From assembly GCA_963807635.1 (NCBI GenBank), contig CAWEDJ010000073.1, positions 32,001 through 96,000 on the forward strand: DNA of 64,000 nucleotides, written 5' to 3'. The stretch is from an uncultured cyanobacterium (GTDB lineage Bacteria; Cyanobacteriota; Cyanobacteriia; Cyanobacteriales; Microcystaceae). Under the pieces are notes generated by a model. It did not search any database, was not told the origin of the DNA, and saw nothing but the letters and a program-made list of their open reading frames with translations. Of the stretch, positions 32,374 through 44,585 are shown in pieces (within the stretch, counting starts at the first letter, position 1; every line of letters begins with the position of its first letter). The position numbers and the translations under genes are program-made.

Positions 32374-32475
32374 TAAGCTGTCACAAATTTAGATTGCATC
32401 ATGATTTTGTTGAAAGTCTTGTAACAAGGGGCTTAAGCCCCTTGCCTGTATGTGTTTTAGATGATTAACAGCTTA
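32374..32475 (+). mobile_element. 102-bp MITE-like element (family B)
   Basis: TAAGCTGT...ACAGCTTA ends, core CAAGGGGCTTAAGCCCCTTG at 32425-32444. Confidence 0.88.
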
Positions 32476-32574
32476 AGTTGAATGATAATGAGAAATTCTA
32501 AAAGATTTTCTTTTGTTAAAAAGTTCGATGACTGAAGTTATGATGATTGAGAATTAGGGATGTTACTTAAAAAA

Positions 32575-32805
32575 TTAAGCCATTATTTTAGTTTTTTCTT
32601 GACTATAAGAAGTTACTAGTGTTATCTGTTCTCTTTTTAAAGATTCTAGGGAAGTCATTTCTCCCTTTTCATTAGAAAATTCAACTAAAAACACTCCTGA
32701 CTCAGATATATCTACTACCGTTCCAGTTTCTCCCTTATTTAACCTTAATTCTGGCAAATCTTGGGTTAAAGCGACAATATCAATTTCGTTAATACTTTTG
32801 TTCAT
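32575..32805 (-). CDS. DUF4926-like small protein
   Basis: DIVALTQDLPE..GETGTVV..FLVEFSNEKGE pattern. Confidence 0.8.
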   Translation of the reverse strand: MNKSINEIDIVALTQDLPELRLNKGETGTVVDISESGVFLVEFSNEKGEMTSLESLKREQITLVTSYSQEKTKIMA

Positions 32806-32852
32806 TGATTAAGATCCTATTTATCCTAAACGATAATTTATTATAACATATT

Positions 32853-33188
32853 TTATTCATTGATATAACAAGTTACTAAACGAGGGAAATCTTCGTCTTT
32901 TCTAATAATCCAAACACTTTTTATAATCTCCGTTTTATTATTTCTAGTCATGGGAAATAAAATAATGTATAGATCACCATTAGCTGTGTGTTTTTGAAAT
33001 TCTGCTTCATAACTAATTATTGCGTGGAGTAGTGCGTTTCTTAGTTCACCTGAGTTTTCAGCCGTTAATCCCAAGGCTGCACGAAATACACGGGCTTTAT
33101 GTTTACCATCTTTATGTTCTAAATTTAAGCAATATCCTGATAATTTAGATTCAGAAATAATTGCTTTTTGAAAGTTGGGTAGTTTCAT
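32853..33188 (-). CDS. DUF6883-like protein (putative toxin/nuclease partner of DUF4926)
   Basis: MKLPN..KLSGYCLNLEH.DGKHKARVF..LG..W....PRLVTCY pattern. Confidence 0.78.
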   Translation of the reverse strand: MKLPNFQKAIISESKLSGYCLNLEHKDGKHKARVFRAALGLTAENSGELRNALLHAIISYEAEFQKHTANGDLYIILFPMTRNNKTEIIKSVWIIRKDEDFPRLVTCYINE

Positions 33189-33380
33189 TTATTCTAATCT
33201 TACCTTGTTTGAATTATCTGATAGATCATCTGTTATTAGCTTTAATTTCTTATTTAATCCTAAAAATTTAAGCATAAGTTTTATTTTGATTGCTATAATG
33301 AGAGCAGTTAATTTAAACAACGAGATAAAAAAAAAGACAGATCCCGTCACAATCTTAACCGCCAGCGCGATATTGACCAT
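33189..33380 (-). CDS. Small hydrophobic hypothetical protein
   Basis: ATG at 33380, just past the repeat array; stop abuts the DUF6883 start codon. Confidence 0.4.
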   Translation of the reverse strand: MVNIALAVKIVTGSVFFFISLFKLTALIIAIKIKLMLKFLGLNKKLKLITDDLSDNSNKVRLE

Positions 33381-33400
33381 CTTTGTTGATTTTATTTGTG

Positions 33401-33493
33401 TTAATCGCGTTTTATTGAATTTAGAAAGTGCGATCACTTTTTATTGAGTTTAGGAAGTGGCGATCGCCGTTTAGAATAGAGGGAAAGGATCGT
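33401..33493. repeat. HIP1-junction ~29-bp tandem repeat, block 1
   Basis: HIP1-like octamers at 33401, 33430, 33460 and 33486 with spacer like GTTTTATTGA(A/G)TTTAG(A/G)AAGT. Confidence 0.8.
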
Positions 33494-33550
33494 TAACAAT
33501 AATTCCTCATCTCAGCTAAACTAAAATAATAACCTCGTATAGCGAATACT

Positions 33551-33772
33551 ATGTTAACCCTAGATGAAATTGAAACCGCCATTCGCCAACTACCTGAACA
33601 CTCTATCCGAGAACTTACTCATCGCTTATCTGATTACCTAGAAGATAAATGGGATCAACAACTCGAATCCGATTTAGCATCAGGCAAACTAGATAATCTT
33701 ATCGCCAAAGCTGAAAAGGCGATCGCTAATAATCAAGTCAAAAAACTCGATGAAATCCTTTACAACTCCTGA
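33551..33772 (+). CDS. Putative antitoxin
   Basis: 73 aa, WDQQLESDLASGKLD motif, overlaps the downstream toxin. Confidence 0.7.
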   Translation: MLTLDEIETAIRQLPEHSIRELTHRLSDYLEDKWDQQLESDLASGKLDNLIAKAEKAIANNQVKKLDEILYNS

Positions 33773-34007
33773 CTTTTGGCGAACCTATTCAGTTCTTCCT
33801 TTACCCGTTAAAAAACAAGCTCAAAAAGCCTATCAAATTTGGCTAAATAATCAATCTTATCCGTCTAAAAAAGTAGGAAAAAATCTGTGGTCGGCTCGAA
33901 TTACCCGCGATTATCGCGCTTTAGCTCTCAAACGGGGCGATGATTATTACTGGATCTGGATTGGCACTCACAATGAATATGAGATATTTCTTAAATCTGA
34001 AGACTAG
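33750..34007 (+). CDS. ParE/RelE-like toxin
   Basis: KKVGKNLWSARITRDYRALA..WIWIGTHNEYE. Confidence 0.78.
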   Translation: MKSFTTPDFWRTYSVLPLPVKKQAQKAYQIWLNNQSYPSKKVGKNLWSARITRDYRALALKRGDDYYWIWIGTHNEYEIFLKSED

Positions 34008-34044
34008 ATGATCGCGTTTTTATTGAGTTTGGGAAGGCGATCGC
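34008..34044. repeat. HIP1-junction repeat unit, block 2 (entire gap between the convergent toxins)
   Basis: ATGATCGC-GTTTTTATTGAGTTTGGGAAG-GCGATCGC; both toxin stop codons abut it. Confidence 0.8.
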
Positions 34045-34296
34045 TTATTTTAACAATCTTTCATATTCCTCATGACTTCCTATCCAAACCCAAATATAAT
34101 CTTCGCCATCTTTAAAAGCTAAAGCTCGATAATTAATACCAACTCTTGCAGACCAAAACTTTCCAACTTTTTTAAAAGATAAAGAAGGATGATTTAGATC
34201 ATTTTTTAACAATTCAAAATTCTTCCTAGCCAATATCTGAATTGGTTTAGGTAACTGATTAAAACACTGCCAAAATCTTTGATTCGTTCGATGCAC
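34045..34296 (-). CDS. ParE/RelE-like toxin (paralog of 33750-34007)
   Basis: HPSLSFKKVGKFWSARVGINYRALA..WVWIGSHEEYE. Confidence 0.8.
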   Translation of the reverse strand: MHRTNQRFWQCFNQLPKPIQILARKNFELLKNDLNHPSLSFKKVGKFWSARVGINYRALAFKDGEDYIWVWIGSHEEYERLLK

Positions 34297-34497
34297 TTAC
34301 AACTTCTTTAACTGACCCTTACTTTTTTCCAATAAAGATTCCTCAATCAAAAAATCAAGCCTTCCTGAATTAGAATCTTCCTCAATTTGATTTTCCCATT
34401 GTTGCGTCTCTAATTCATTAATCCAATTTTTTAAATAGGTAAATTCATCATCTGTAAGAGTTTCAATTTCTGTTTGAATTAATTGTAACTTTGTCAT
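34297..34497 (-). CDS. Putative antitoxin (paralog of 33551-33772)
   Basis: WENQIEEDSNSGRLD motif; stop abuts the toxin start. Confidence 0.72.
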   Translation of the reverse strand: MTKLQLIQTEIETLTDDEFTYLKNWINELETQQWENQIEEDSNSGRLDFLIEESLLEKSKGQLKKL

Positions 34498-34634
34498 ATT
34501 AGTGATCCCTGTAATAACAATTTATTTCTTATTTTATCATTTTTTCTATAATAATTCGTATCATGTAACAGATCGCTTTAGAATCACTTTTTGAAGAGAG
34601 TTAAAGGAAGGTTCTTTTTAGGGTAGTTTAAGGA

Positions 34635-34726
34635 ATAATCGCTGTTTTGAAAAGAGAGAGGGATCACGTATTTGATGAAGTTTGAAGTAGCGATCGCGTT
34701 TTATTGAATTTAGAGAGTGCGATCGC
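34635..34726. repeat. HIP1-junction ~29-bp tandem repeat, block 3
   Basis: Octamers at 34635, 34660, 34690 and 34719; the last abuts the lpxC stop codon. Confidence 0.8.
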
Positions 34727-35551
34727 TTAGGGTAACAGAGCAATCTTTTGAGCCAGTTGGGTATGGAGTTTATGACTTGCTTTGTAGGCCAGATAATGAG
34801 CCTGGGGAATTTTTCCCAGCAGACTTAAATCCCCGATTAAATCCAATAATTTATGACGCACAGGTTCGTTCTCAAAACGCAGAGGAGGATTAAGCCATTT
34901 TTCGCGATCGCAGACCAAGGCATTTTCTAAACTTCCGCCTTTAATTAATCCCATGTTCTGTAACTGTTCAATTTGATCAGCAAATCCAAAGGTACGAGCA
35001 GGCGCGATCGCATCTTTAAATTCTTCAACCTGGGGATTCCAGCTATACCATTGACGACCAATCGGCTGATAGGGATAATCCACACCATAGGAGAATAAGG
35101 TATGGGGTGAAGGTAAAGCCGCCACAAACATATCTCCTTCTTGATACCAAATCGGTTCAGCGATCTGTTTTTCAGTAACTAAATCACTGTTAAAAGATTC
35201 AACTCCTGCCGATGCGATCGCCTCCATCCAAATTTTCGCAGAACCATCCAACAGGGGAACTTCAGGGCCATCAATTTCAATCCGTGCTTCATCAATCCCA
35301 CTCATCACCAAAGCCGCTAAAAGATGTTCAACCGTGCGGACTTTTGCTTCTCCCTCTCCCAACTCCGTAGAAAGCATCGCCTCCTGAACAATTGCCAAAC
35401 TAGCAGCAATAATTGGGGAATCTGGCAAATCCGTCCGCACAAAAAATCGCCCTTTTCCCAATTGGGTCGGTAAAACACTCACCTCAGTTTCTACCCCAGA
35501 ATGTAAACCAACCCCTTGAATCGTAAAACTCTTTTTGAGCGTCTGCTTCAT
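34727..35551 (-). CDS. lpxC: UDP-3-O-acyl-N-acetylglucosamine deacetylase
   Basis: [37 protein letters not shown]. Confidence 0.96.
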   Translation of the reverse strand: MKQTLKKSFTIQGVGLHSGVETEVSVLPTQLGKGRFFVRTDLPDSPIIAASLAIVQEAMLSTELGEGEAKVRTVEHLLAALVMSGIDEARIEIDGPEVPLLDGSAKIWMEAIASAGVESFNSDLVTEKQIAEPIWYQEGDMFVAALPSPHTLFSYGVDYPYQPIGRQWYSWNPQVEEFKDAIAPARTFGFADQIEQLQNMGLIKGGSLENALVCDREKWLNPPLRFENEPVRHKLLDLIGDLSLLGKIPQAHYLAYKASHKLHTQLAQKIALLP

Positions 35552-37857
35552 CTAAAATTTCTCCCCAATCCCAAAATTGACCCGCGATCCGCCTTGTTCA
35601 TTAATCCCGTAATCAATGCGAATAGGGCCAACAGGAGATTGGATCCGTACCCCAATCCCATAACCGTAGCCCTGACCAGGTAACCCGCGAATAATCGAGG
35701 GAATGCCTGGCACAGCGTCATCCGAGCCTAAAGTCGAACCGTAGTCAAAAAAGAGTGCGCCGCCCACAGCCGAAATAATGGGAAAACGGTATTCAGCCGT
35801 TGCTTGGACATAGCTACGTCCACTGCCCACATCTCCCTCGGCATAACCCCGCACCGAGTTACTTCCGCCGATAATAAAGGCTTCATAGGGAGGCAAATCT
35901 CCTAAAACAGTTCCTGCTTGGAGGTTAAAAGCCAAGGCCTGGGCTGGGTGCTTTCCGTAAAACCAAAACTGGTTAAATCTAGCCAATTCACAGGAAGATA
36001 ATAGCTATAACTCCCCCGTAAGCGGTTAAAGAGAATACTACCCGAACCAATGGGAGCCGTTTGCTCCATCCCAAAACGAATTACCGAACCACTGGTGGGT
36101 TGCAACGGACTATTACGGGTATCCTGGGATGCGCCTACCGAGAAAATCCACAAATCATCAACCCCACTGGGACTAAAAGCTAGATTTTGGGAGCCATAGC
36201 CATTGAGGGGAGCCGACAAGGGAGCAATATCGCCATCTCCGTCAGTCAGTTCCACGTGTTGGTAGGTAAAGCCCGCCGACAATCGCCAATCGGGAGCGGT
36301 AAAGATATCGGGAGCGAGGGGACGGAAAAAAGTAACCCCTAAACCAGTCCGAACGACTCTAGGACTATCCAGATTATCTAGGGTTCTAATGGAAGACTCA
36401 TTTCCGTCGTAAACCAGGGTAATGGTACGACGACGGAAACCGTTGACTGTATAGGCGGTGCGATAGGGGTCTCCCGCAATCCAAGGATCGGTGAAATTGA
36501 CATCAAATAATAATTCCCGTTGTCCCACCTGCAATTCCGTTCCAAAGGTTTGGGCATTTCCTCCCAAATTCTTTTCTTGATAACTTAGGGTGGCAAAGAG
36601 TCCACTGGTGCTACTGACCCCGCCCCCTGCCGCGATGGAACCCGTATTGCCTTCAACCACATCTACATTGACAATCACTTCCCTGGGATCTGTCCGAGGA
36701 TTAAAGGAAAAACGAGCATCCTCAAATAAACCTAAGCCATAGATTCGTTGTAAATCTCTTTGGGCTGTATTGCGGTTAAAAACGTCCCCAGGCTTCAATT
36801 GCATTTCACGGGTGACGATAAACTCACGGGTTCTGCCTGTTGCGGGTTCATCGTCTGCATTAAAAAAGCGGACTTGGATATTTTCCACAACCCCTTCGGA
36901 AATGACAAGCGTAACCTTGCCGTCTTCTCCGACCTTGGGCGCACCAACAACCTGGGCTAGGTCATAACCATTAGAGGAGTACCATTCATTAATTTTTTTG
37001 ATACCTTCTTGCAATTCTCTCAGGTTCAGGATTTTACCGTATTGTTCAGAAAAAGTTGTCTTGAGGATATCATCGGGTAAAACTTTGGCTTTATCGGTGG
37101 CAGGAACGGTTTCAATCACGACGGATTGGAGGACGGGGTTGGGTTGAACCGCAAAGGTGACTCGGACTCCGAGGGGGGTATCTTCGGGGCTAACTTTGAC
37201 ATTGCCAAAATAACCTGTGGCGTAAATGGCGTTGACATCTTCCTGTAATTGCGATCGCGTCGCTGTCCGTCCAGGTTTGGTACTAACGGTGTTATAGACT
37301 AATTTTTCGAGTTCTGGGGTCGCTCCACTGACAACAACTTCACTGACCAAGACACGAGCCTCCGTTGTTGCATCGGGTTGGGCGGACTCATTGGGCGGAG
37401 TGGTGGTAGGAGAAGAGTCGAAGGAAGGGAGTTGTTGAGACGGTTGTTCTGTCGGGATTGGCGTATCGGTTGCAGGAATAGGCGTTGCTTCGGGAGTTGG
37501 TGTCTCGCTTGCAGGAATAGGAGCGGATGCTGGTGGGGATGTTTCGCTTGCAGGGGAAGGCGTTGCTTCGGGGGTTGGTGTCTCGCTTGCAGGAACAGCT
37601 TCTGGAGTCGGTGTTGCTTCTTGAGCCAACAGGAGATTAGGACTAAAAAAATTGGTGGTTGTAGGAAACTTTTTCGCGTTTATCGGGTCAAAATTAATGG
37701 ATATCGATTTAAAGGGAAAGATGTCTCTACTGGCTGATTGAGGAGAATGAGACTCCGTTGCTCCCTTGGCAATAGTTGGCACAAGTACCAAGCTAGTTGT
37801 CATCAATAGCAGGCTGAATAATGGAGAGATATACACGTTTTTATTGTTGTTTAACAC
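35552..37857 (-). CDS. bamA: Omp85/BamA outer membrane protein (apparent frameshift ~35942)
   Basis: Signal peptide, P/T-rich linker, POTRA region, SVRGY motif, C-terminal FGIGEKF; upstream of lpxC. Confidence 0.92.
37465..37620 (-). repeat. Coding tandem repeats (ETPTPEATP-like) in the BamA N-terminal linker
   Basis: PASETPTPEATP occurs twice, with related units either side. Confidence 0.7.
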
Positions 37858-38029
37858 GTCCTAACACCCAATCAAGCAATAAAGTGAGCAAATGTAAATT
37901 AACTGTCTATCAAGGTACTATGGTTTGACGATCGCCCCACAGAATTATCCTTAGATCAAAGCGTGACTAAAGTACAGTTCTTGTCTTCAGTCTTGACTTT
38001 TTCCGAAATAGAATGTTCCTGATTTAGAT

Positions 38030-38779
38030 TTAGACGGAAACCTGGGCGATTTGTTCTAAGACTCGTTTTTGTACCTGTTGATAGGCCGATTCAACTTGGC
38101 CAAGATCTCGTCGGAAGCGGTCTTTATCTAAAACTCTGGCTTGGGGATCGGTCTGGGCTTGATCCCATAATCGACAGGTATCTGGACTAATTTCATCGGC
38201 GAGCAAGATTTGTCCTTGGGAATCTAAGCCAAATTCTAATTTGAAATCCACTAGGGTAATATTACAGCGATTAAAAAAGTCTTTGAGGTATTCGTTAATC
38301 TGTAATGCTTTAGACTGCAATTCTTCCAATTGTTCGACAGTCGCTACTTCTAACACTAAAATGCGATCGCGGGTCAGAAGCGGATCACCGAGCGCATCAT
38401 CTTTTAAATAAAATTCCACTAGGGGAAAGGGTAAAACAGTGCCTTCCGTTAAACCCGTTTGCTTACAAAGACTCCCTGCGGCGATATTTCTGACCACCAC
38501 TTCGAGGGGCAAAATTTTCACCGATTTAACGCGCATCTGGTTCGGGGAAGGCGTATCGAGGTAATGGGTGGCAATTCCCAAGGATTCTAACCAACGAAAC
38601 AAAGCGGCAGAAATCGCACAATTAATTTCGCCTTTTCCCTGAATTTGTCCGCGTTTCTGGGCATTAAAAGCCGTCGCATCATCTTTAAAAACGGTCAAAA
38701 GAATCTCTGAATCATCAGTCGGATAGAGAATCTTTGCCTTACCTTCGTAGAGTTTTTCCATGAGTCCCATTGAACACAA
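38030..38779 (-). CDS. purC: SAICAR synthetase
   Basis: LYEGKAK, FKDDATAFNA, DFKLEFG, LADEISPDTCRLWD. Confidence 0.96.
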   Translation of the reverse strand: MCSMGLMEKLYEGKAKILYPTDDSEILLTVFKDDATAFNAQKRGQIQGKGEINCAISAALFRWLESLGIATHYLDTPSPNQMRVKSVKILPLEVVVRNIAAGSLCKQTGLTEGTVLPFPLVEFYLKDDALGDPLLTRDRILVLEVATVEQLEELQSKALQINEYLKDFFNRCNITLVDFKLEFGLDSQGQILLADEISPDTCRLWDQAQTDPQARVLDKDRFRRDLGQVESAYQQVQKRVLEQIAQVSV

Positions 38780-38893
38780 ATTATTGGCTTGACCATCTTA
38801 CCCCACGACCGCAAGGTTATCTGTCTGAGCTAGGGCAGAGAAAGAAGTGACTCTTGATTCCAATTGATCGACAGGATGCAAGATAGTTCATCT

Positions 38894-39214
38894 TTAGCCC
38901 AAATATCCATCAATTAAACCCTTGAGCTTTTCCTTGGTAATCGCCCCTTCATGGGATGCAATTAATTCTTTATTTTTGAAGAAACGAAAGGCAGGAACCC
39001 CTTCTACCTTATATTCACGGGCTTTAAGGGGATTGGGATCAATATTTAATTTGATAACTTTTAAACGATCGCTGTATTCAGTCGCGATCTCTGTAACAGA
39101 AGGAGCCACCAGACGACAGGGGCCACATCAGGTCGCCCAAAAATAAGCCAGAACCAATTTATCCGTTTCTAAAGCGTCTTGAAATTCTGCGTCCGTGATT
39201 TCGAGTAAACTCAT
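38894..39214 (-). CDS. Thioredoxin with an in-frame TGA replacing the Trp codon of WCGPC (39128-39130)
   Basis: ATG at 39214 reads MSLLEITDAEF..AYFWAT*CGPCRLVAP in frame with the ORF-track fragment. Confidence 0.88.
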
Positions 39215-39287
39215 GAGAAAATTTTCTTGTGGAATTCTAAACAAACAAAATAAACTATACCAATTAACAGGCCAAAACTAGGCATCT

Positions 39288-39310
39288 GTAGGGGCGCAAG
39301 GCTTACGCCC
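39288..39310 (+). repeat. GTAG-family REP, family C
   Basis: GTAG + GGGCGCAAG-G-CTTACGCCC imperfect palindrome; partial second copy GCGCCCAAAA at ~39333. Confidence 0.6.
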
Positions 39311-39385
39311 AAAATCTAAGCTAGATCCAGATGCGCCCAAAACCTAAGCCAAACCCATAAGTTACACACAATCAATCAGATTTTA

Positions 39386-40168
39386 TTAAAGATCATTCAA
39401 CTTACGGCGTAAATCTTCCAATTCAGCATCAATCACCCCATCCGTCGGAGTAGCCGTTTTTGCCGCTTCAATTTGGGGAGTCGCTGGACTAGAAGCAGCA
39501 GGTAACGCACCACCACTCATTTGGGCCTTGAGCATGGCTAATTCATCATCCACATCACTACTCGATTCCAGTTGGGCAAACTGCTGTTCAATGCCATAGC
39601 CCCCTAATTCTCCTACCGCCTGGGAACGGGCTTCTAAATCGAGAACCTTATTTTCCATCCGTTCAAAGGCTCCCATTGCACTGCTGGTATCAATGCCACC
39701 CAGGGTTTTTTGCAATTCTTCGTTGGCTTTAGCCGCTTTTGCCCTGGCTTGGAGCATATTTTTCTTGGTTTTTGCCTCAGAAATTTTTCCTTCTAGGGCG
39801 ACCAAATTACGACGCAAATTCTCAACTTGTCCCGATTGTTGTTCCAATTGGGCTTTCAGGGTTGCGGCCGTATCACTAAAGGTTTTCTTGCGGGTTAGGG
39901 CTTCTTTGGCAAGAGCCTCATCTCCCTTGGTTAAAGCTAATTTAGCTCGTTGTTCCCATTTACCTGCTTCAGTAATATCACTGTTATAACGTTGTTCTGT
40001 TCGCTTTTGTTCTGCAATGGTGCGAGCAACGGCCTGGCGCAATTGAACCAAGTCTTCCTGCATATCAATGACCGCTTGTTCCAGCACTTTTTCTGGATCT
40101 TCGGCTTGACTAACCAGATCGTTTAAATTTGCACGAACAACTCGGCTAAGACGGTCAAATAATCCCAT
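39386..40168 (-). CDS. vipp1: PspA/IM30 (Vipp1) protein
   Basis: MGLFDRLSRVVRANLN, EDPEKVLEQ, extra C-terminal helix. Confidence 0.93.
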   Translation of the reverse strand: MGLFDRLSRVVRANLNDLVSQAEDPEKVLEQAVIDMQEDLVQLRQAVARTIAEQKRTEQRYNSDITEAGKWEQRAKLALTKGDEALAKEALTRKKTFSDTAATLKAQLEQQSGQVENLRRNLVALEGKISEAKTKKNMLQARAKAAKANEELQKTLGGIDTSSAMGAFERMENKVLDLEARSQAVGELGGYGIEQQFAQLESSSDVDDELAMLKAQMSGGALPAASSPATPQIEAAKTATPTDGVIDAELEDLRRKLNDL

Positions 40169-40537
40169 AATCTTGTCTATCCTTTCAGCATCGTGGGGGT
40201 TGGGTGTAGGCTCTAAGCAAAGGGGAAATCAGACTAAGGATGATAGATTTGTAGCCCCTGCTTAGGCGCGATTACCTTTTAATATAAACTACGCGACGAG
40301 ATTATTTTACCTGGTCAGCAATCAATTTATTGCCGATCGCTGGTTAGCCAAAACTAATCAAAAAAGCAATAACAGAAATAATTATAGTATAATCAGTAGG
40401 CTATACCTGTTTTATGTTAAATGTAAATGTTTTAATTTATTAATTTGCTCCCAGTCCCCATTGGCGTAACGTTTCAGTAACTTGAACTAATCCCCTAGCT
40501 TCATTAATTTACCCCTTATTTATAGCGCGAACACGGA

Positions 40538-42420
<1,883 letters not shown>

Positions 42421-42454
42421 TCAAAAATCAAATTTTTACATACCATACAATCTG

Positions 42455-43986
42455 ATGCTGGCTAGGGTTTGGAGTGCATCCCTGATTGGGATTGAATCGG
42501 TCAAAGTGGGGGTAGAAGTGGATGTGTCAGGGGGCTTGCCTGCCATTACGGTGGTGGGTCTGCCTGATACGGCTGTCCAGGAATCGAGGGAACGGGTGAG
42601 GGCCGCGCTGAAAAATTCAGGTTTTGCTTTCCCTGTTCGTAAGATTGTCATTAATCTTACCCCTGCTGATTTACGCAAGGAAGGCCCCAGCTTTGATTTA
42701 CCCATTAGTGTGGGCGTTTTAGCGGCTTCTGAACAGGTTGATCCCCAATTGTTAGGGGATTTTTTGTTTGTGGGAGAAATGTCCTTAGATGGCAGTTTAC
42801 GGGCAGTGCCTGGGATTTTACCGATCGCGGCCAGAGCCGAAAAATTAGGGTTTACGGGAATGGTGGTTCCCTTGGATAATGCCCAGGAAGACGGCGATTG
42901 TTAAGGGAATTTCGGTTTATGGTTTTAAGCATTTGTCGGAAGTGGCTCAATTTTTGGCGAAACCCGATCGCCATCAAGCCGTCCAGTTAGACGCGATCGC
43001 CGAATCAACCAAATTTCCCTTTCCTACTCCCGATCTCAAAGATGTCAAAGGACAAAACCACGCTCGCCGTGCCTTAGAAATTGCCGCCGCAGGAGGTCAT
43101 AACCTCATTTTTGTGGGGCCACCAGGCAGTGGAAAAACCATGCTGGCCCGACGTTTACCAGGTATTTTGCCACCGCTAGGATTTGAGGAAGCCTTAGAAG
43201 TGTCAGAAATTCATTCGGTGGTAGGGTTACTCAAAAATAAGGGATCTTTAATCCGAGAACGACCGTTCCGCGCCCCCCATCATTCCGCCTCTGGCCCTTC
43301 CTTAGTCGGTGGCGGTAGTTTCCCCAGACCTGGAGAAATTTCTTTGGCCCATCGGGGAGTGTTGTTTTTAGATGAATTAACCGAATTTAAACGTAATGTG
43401 CTGGAATTTTTACGTCAGCCCCTCGAAGATGGATTTGTCAGTATTTCCCGCACCAAACAATCTGTTACCTTTCCCGCCCAGTTTACTTTAATCGCCAGCA
43501 CTAATCCCTGTCCCTGTGGTTATTTCGGTGATCCCATTCAAGCCTGTTCCTGCTCTCCCCGCCAACGGGAAATGTATTGGGCAAAATTATCAGGGCCGTT
43601 AATGGATCGCATTGATTTACAAGTGGCAGTCAATCGATTGAAACCCGAAGAGATGACTCGCCAACCCACAGGAGAAGATTCCCAAGCCATTCGCGATCGC
43701 GTTAAACAAGCTCGACAAGTTGCCCAGGAACGGTTTAAACAGGAAAAATCCATTAAATCTAATGCCGAAATGCAGTCGGGTCATCTACGCCAATTCTGTC
43801 AATTAGATGAGGACAGTCGGAGTTTATTAGAGGGAGCGATTCGCAAATTAGGATTATCAGCGAGGGCAATGGACACGGATCTTAAAAGTGTCTCGAACGA
43901 TCGCAGACTTGGCAGAAAGCGAAAAAATCCAGAGTTCTCATGTGGCTGAAGCGATTCAATATCGGACATTGGATCGAATTGCTTAA
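42455..43986 (+). CDS. comM: YifB/ComM Mg-chelatase-like AAA+ ATPase (apparent frameshifts ~42890 and ~43875)
   Basis: [46 protein letters not shown]. Confidence 0.9.
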
Positions 43987-44585
43987 TTTTTCTCACCAAG
44001 GATCTAGAAACTTTGAAGCCAGAAAGACCCAACACGAGAGAAAAAATCCCAAGGTCTTAATACTTTCTTTAAAATCACTCCCCAGGGATATGTATTTTTA
44101 CTCATACTTTTGGCTTCCTAATATCAAGATTTTATGGTTTAAGAATAAAAACTTGCGTGTTAATACGGTTGACCCAAGGAGCTATATTCATTTCGCTTTG
44201 ACAAATTCAGTCCCGACGATTAAAAATTATGGGTATTTTTTACAAAAAACTTGGTTTTTTCGGAAAAATCCGCCTCTAATGGATACCTGACAACTCAAAA
44301 ACAGAATAGATTGATTTTTCTCTATGAACACAATAAAGTTAAGCGTTTTTACTGATTTGTCATGGGTAGGATTAACGATACAGTCTTTGTATGAGAGCTT
44401 TGTAAACTTTTGTTTTGAGTTATTGACTTTCGTTGTTCCGTATGTATCAACTCTACTCTTCTAGCACTATCCTGCTCAATCGACAATAACAGGTTTCAAC
44501 TCCATCTCATTAGTGTTTTTTGGGTAATACAGGCGACACTCTCTGTTTTCAAGTCTTGTTTAATTAACTCGTAGGCAAATAGTCC

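Noticed and set aside
33401..34726. CRISPR array
   Set aside because: The conserved part is only an 8-bp HIP1, the spacers resemble one another, genes interrupt the blocks and no cas genes are present.
39128..39130. Selenocysteine recoding in thioredoxin
   Set aside because: The TGA replaces the Trp codon, not a Cys codon; both catalytic Cys codons are intact.
43940..44290. 116-aa ORF after comM
   Set aside because: It starts out of frame within the comM 3' end and runs into AT-rich intergenic DNA; no motif.
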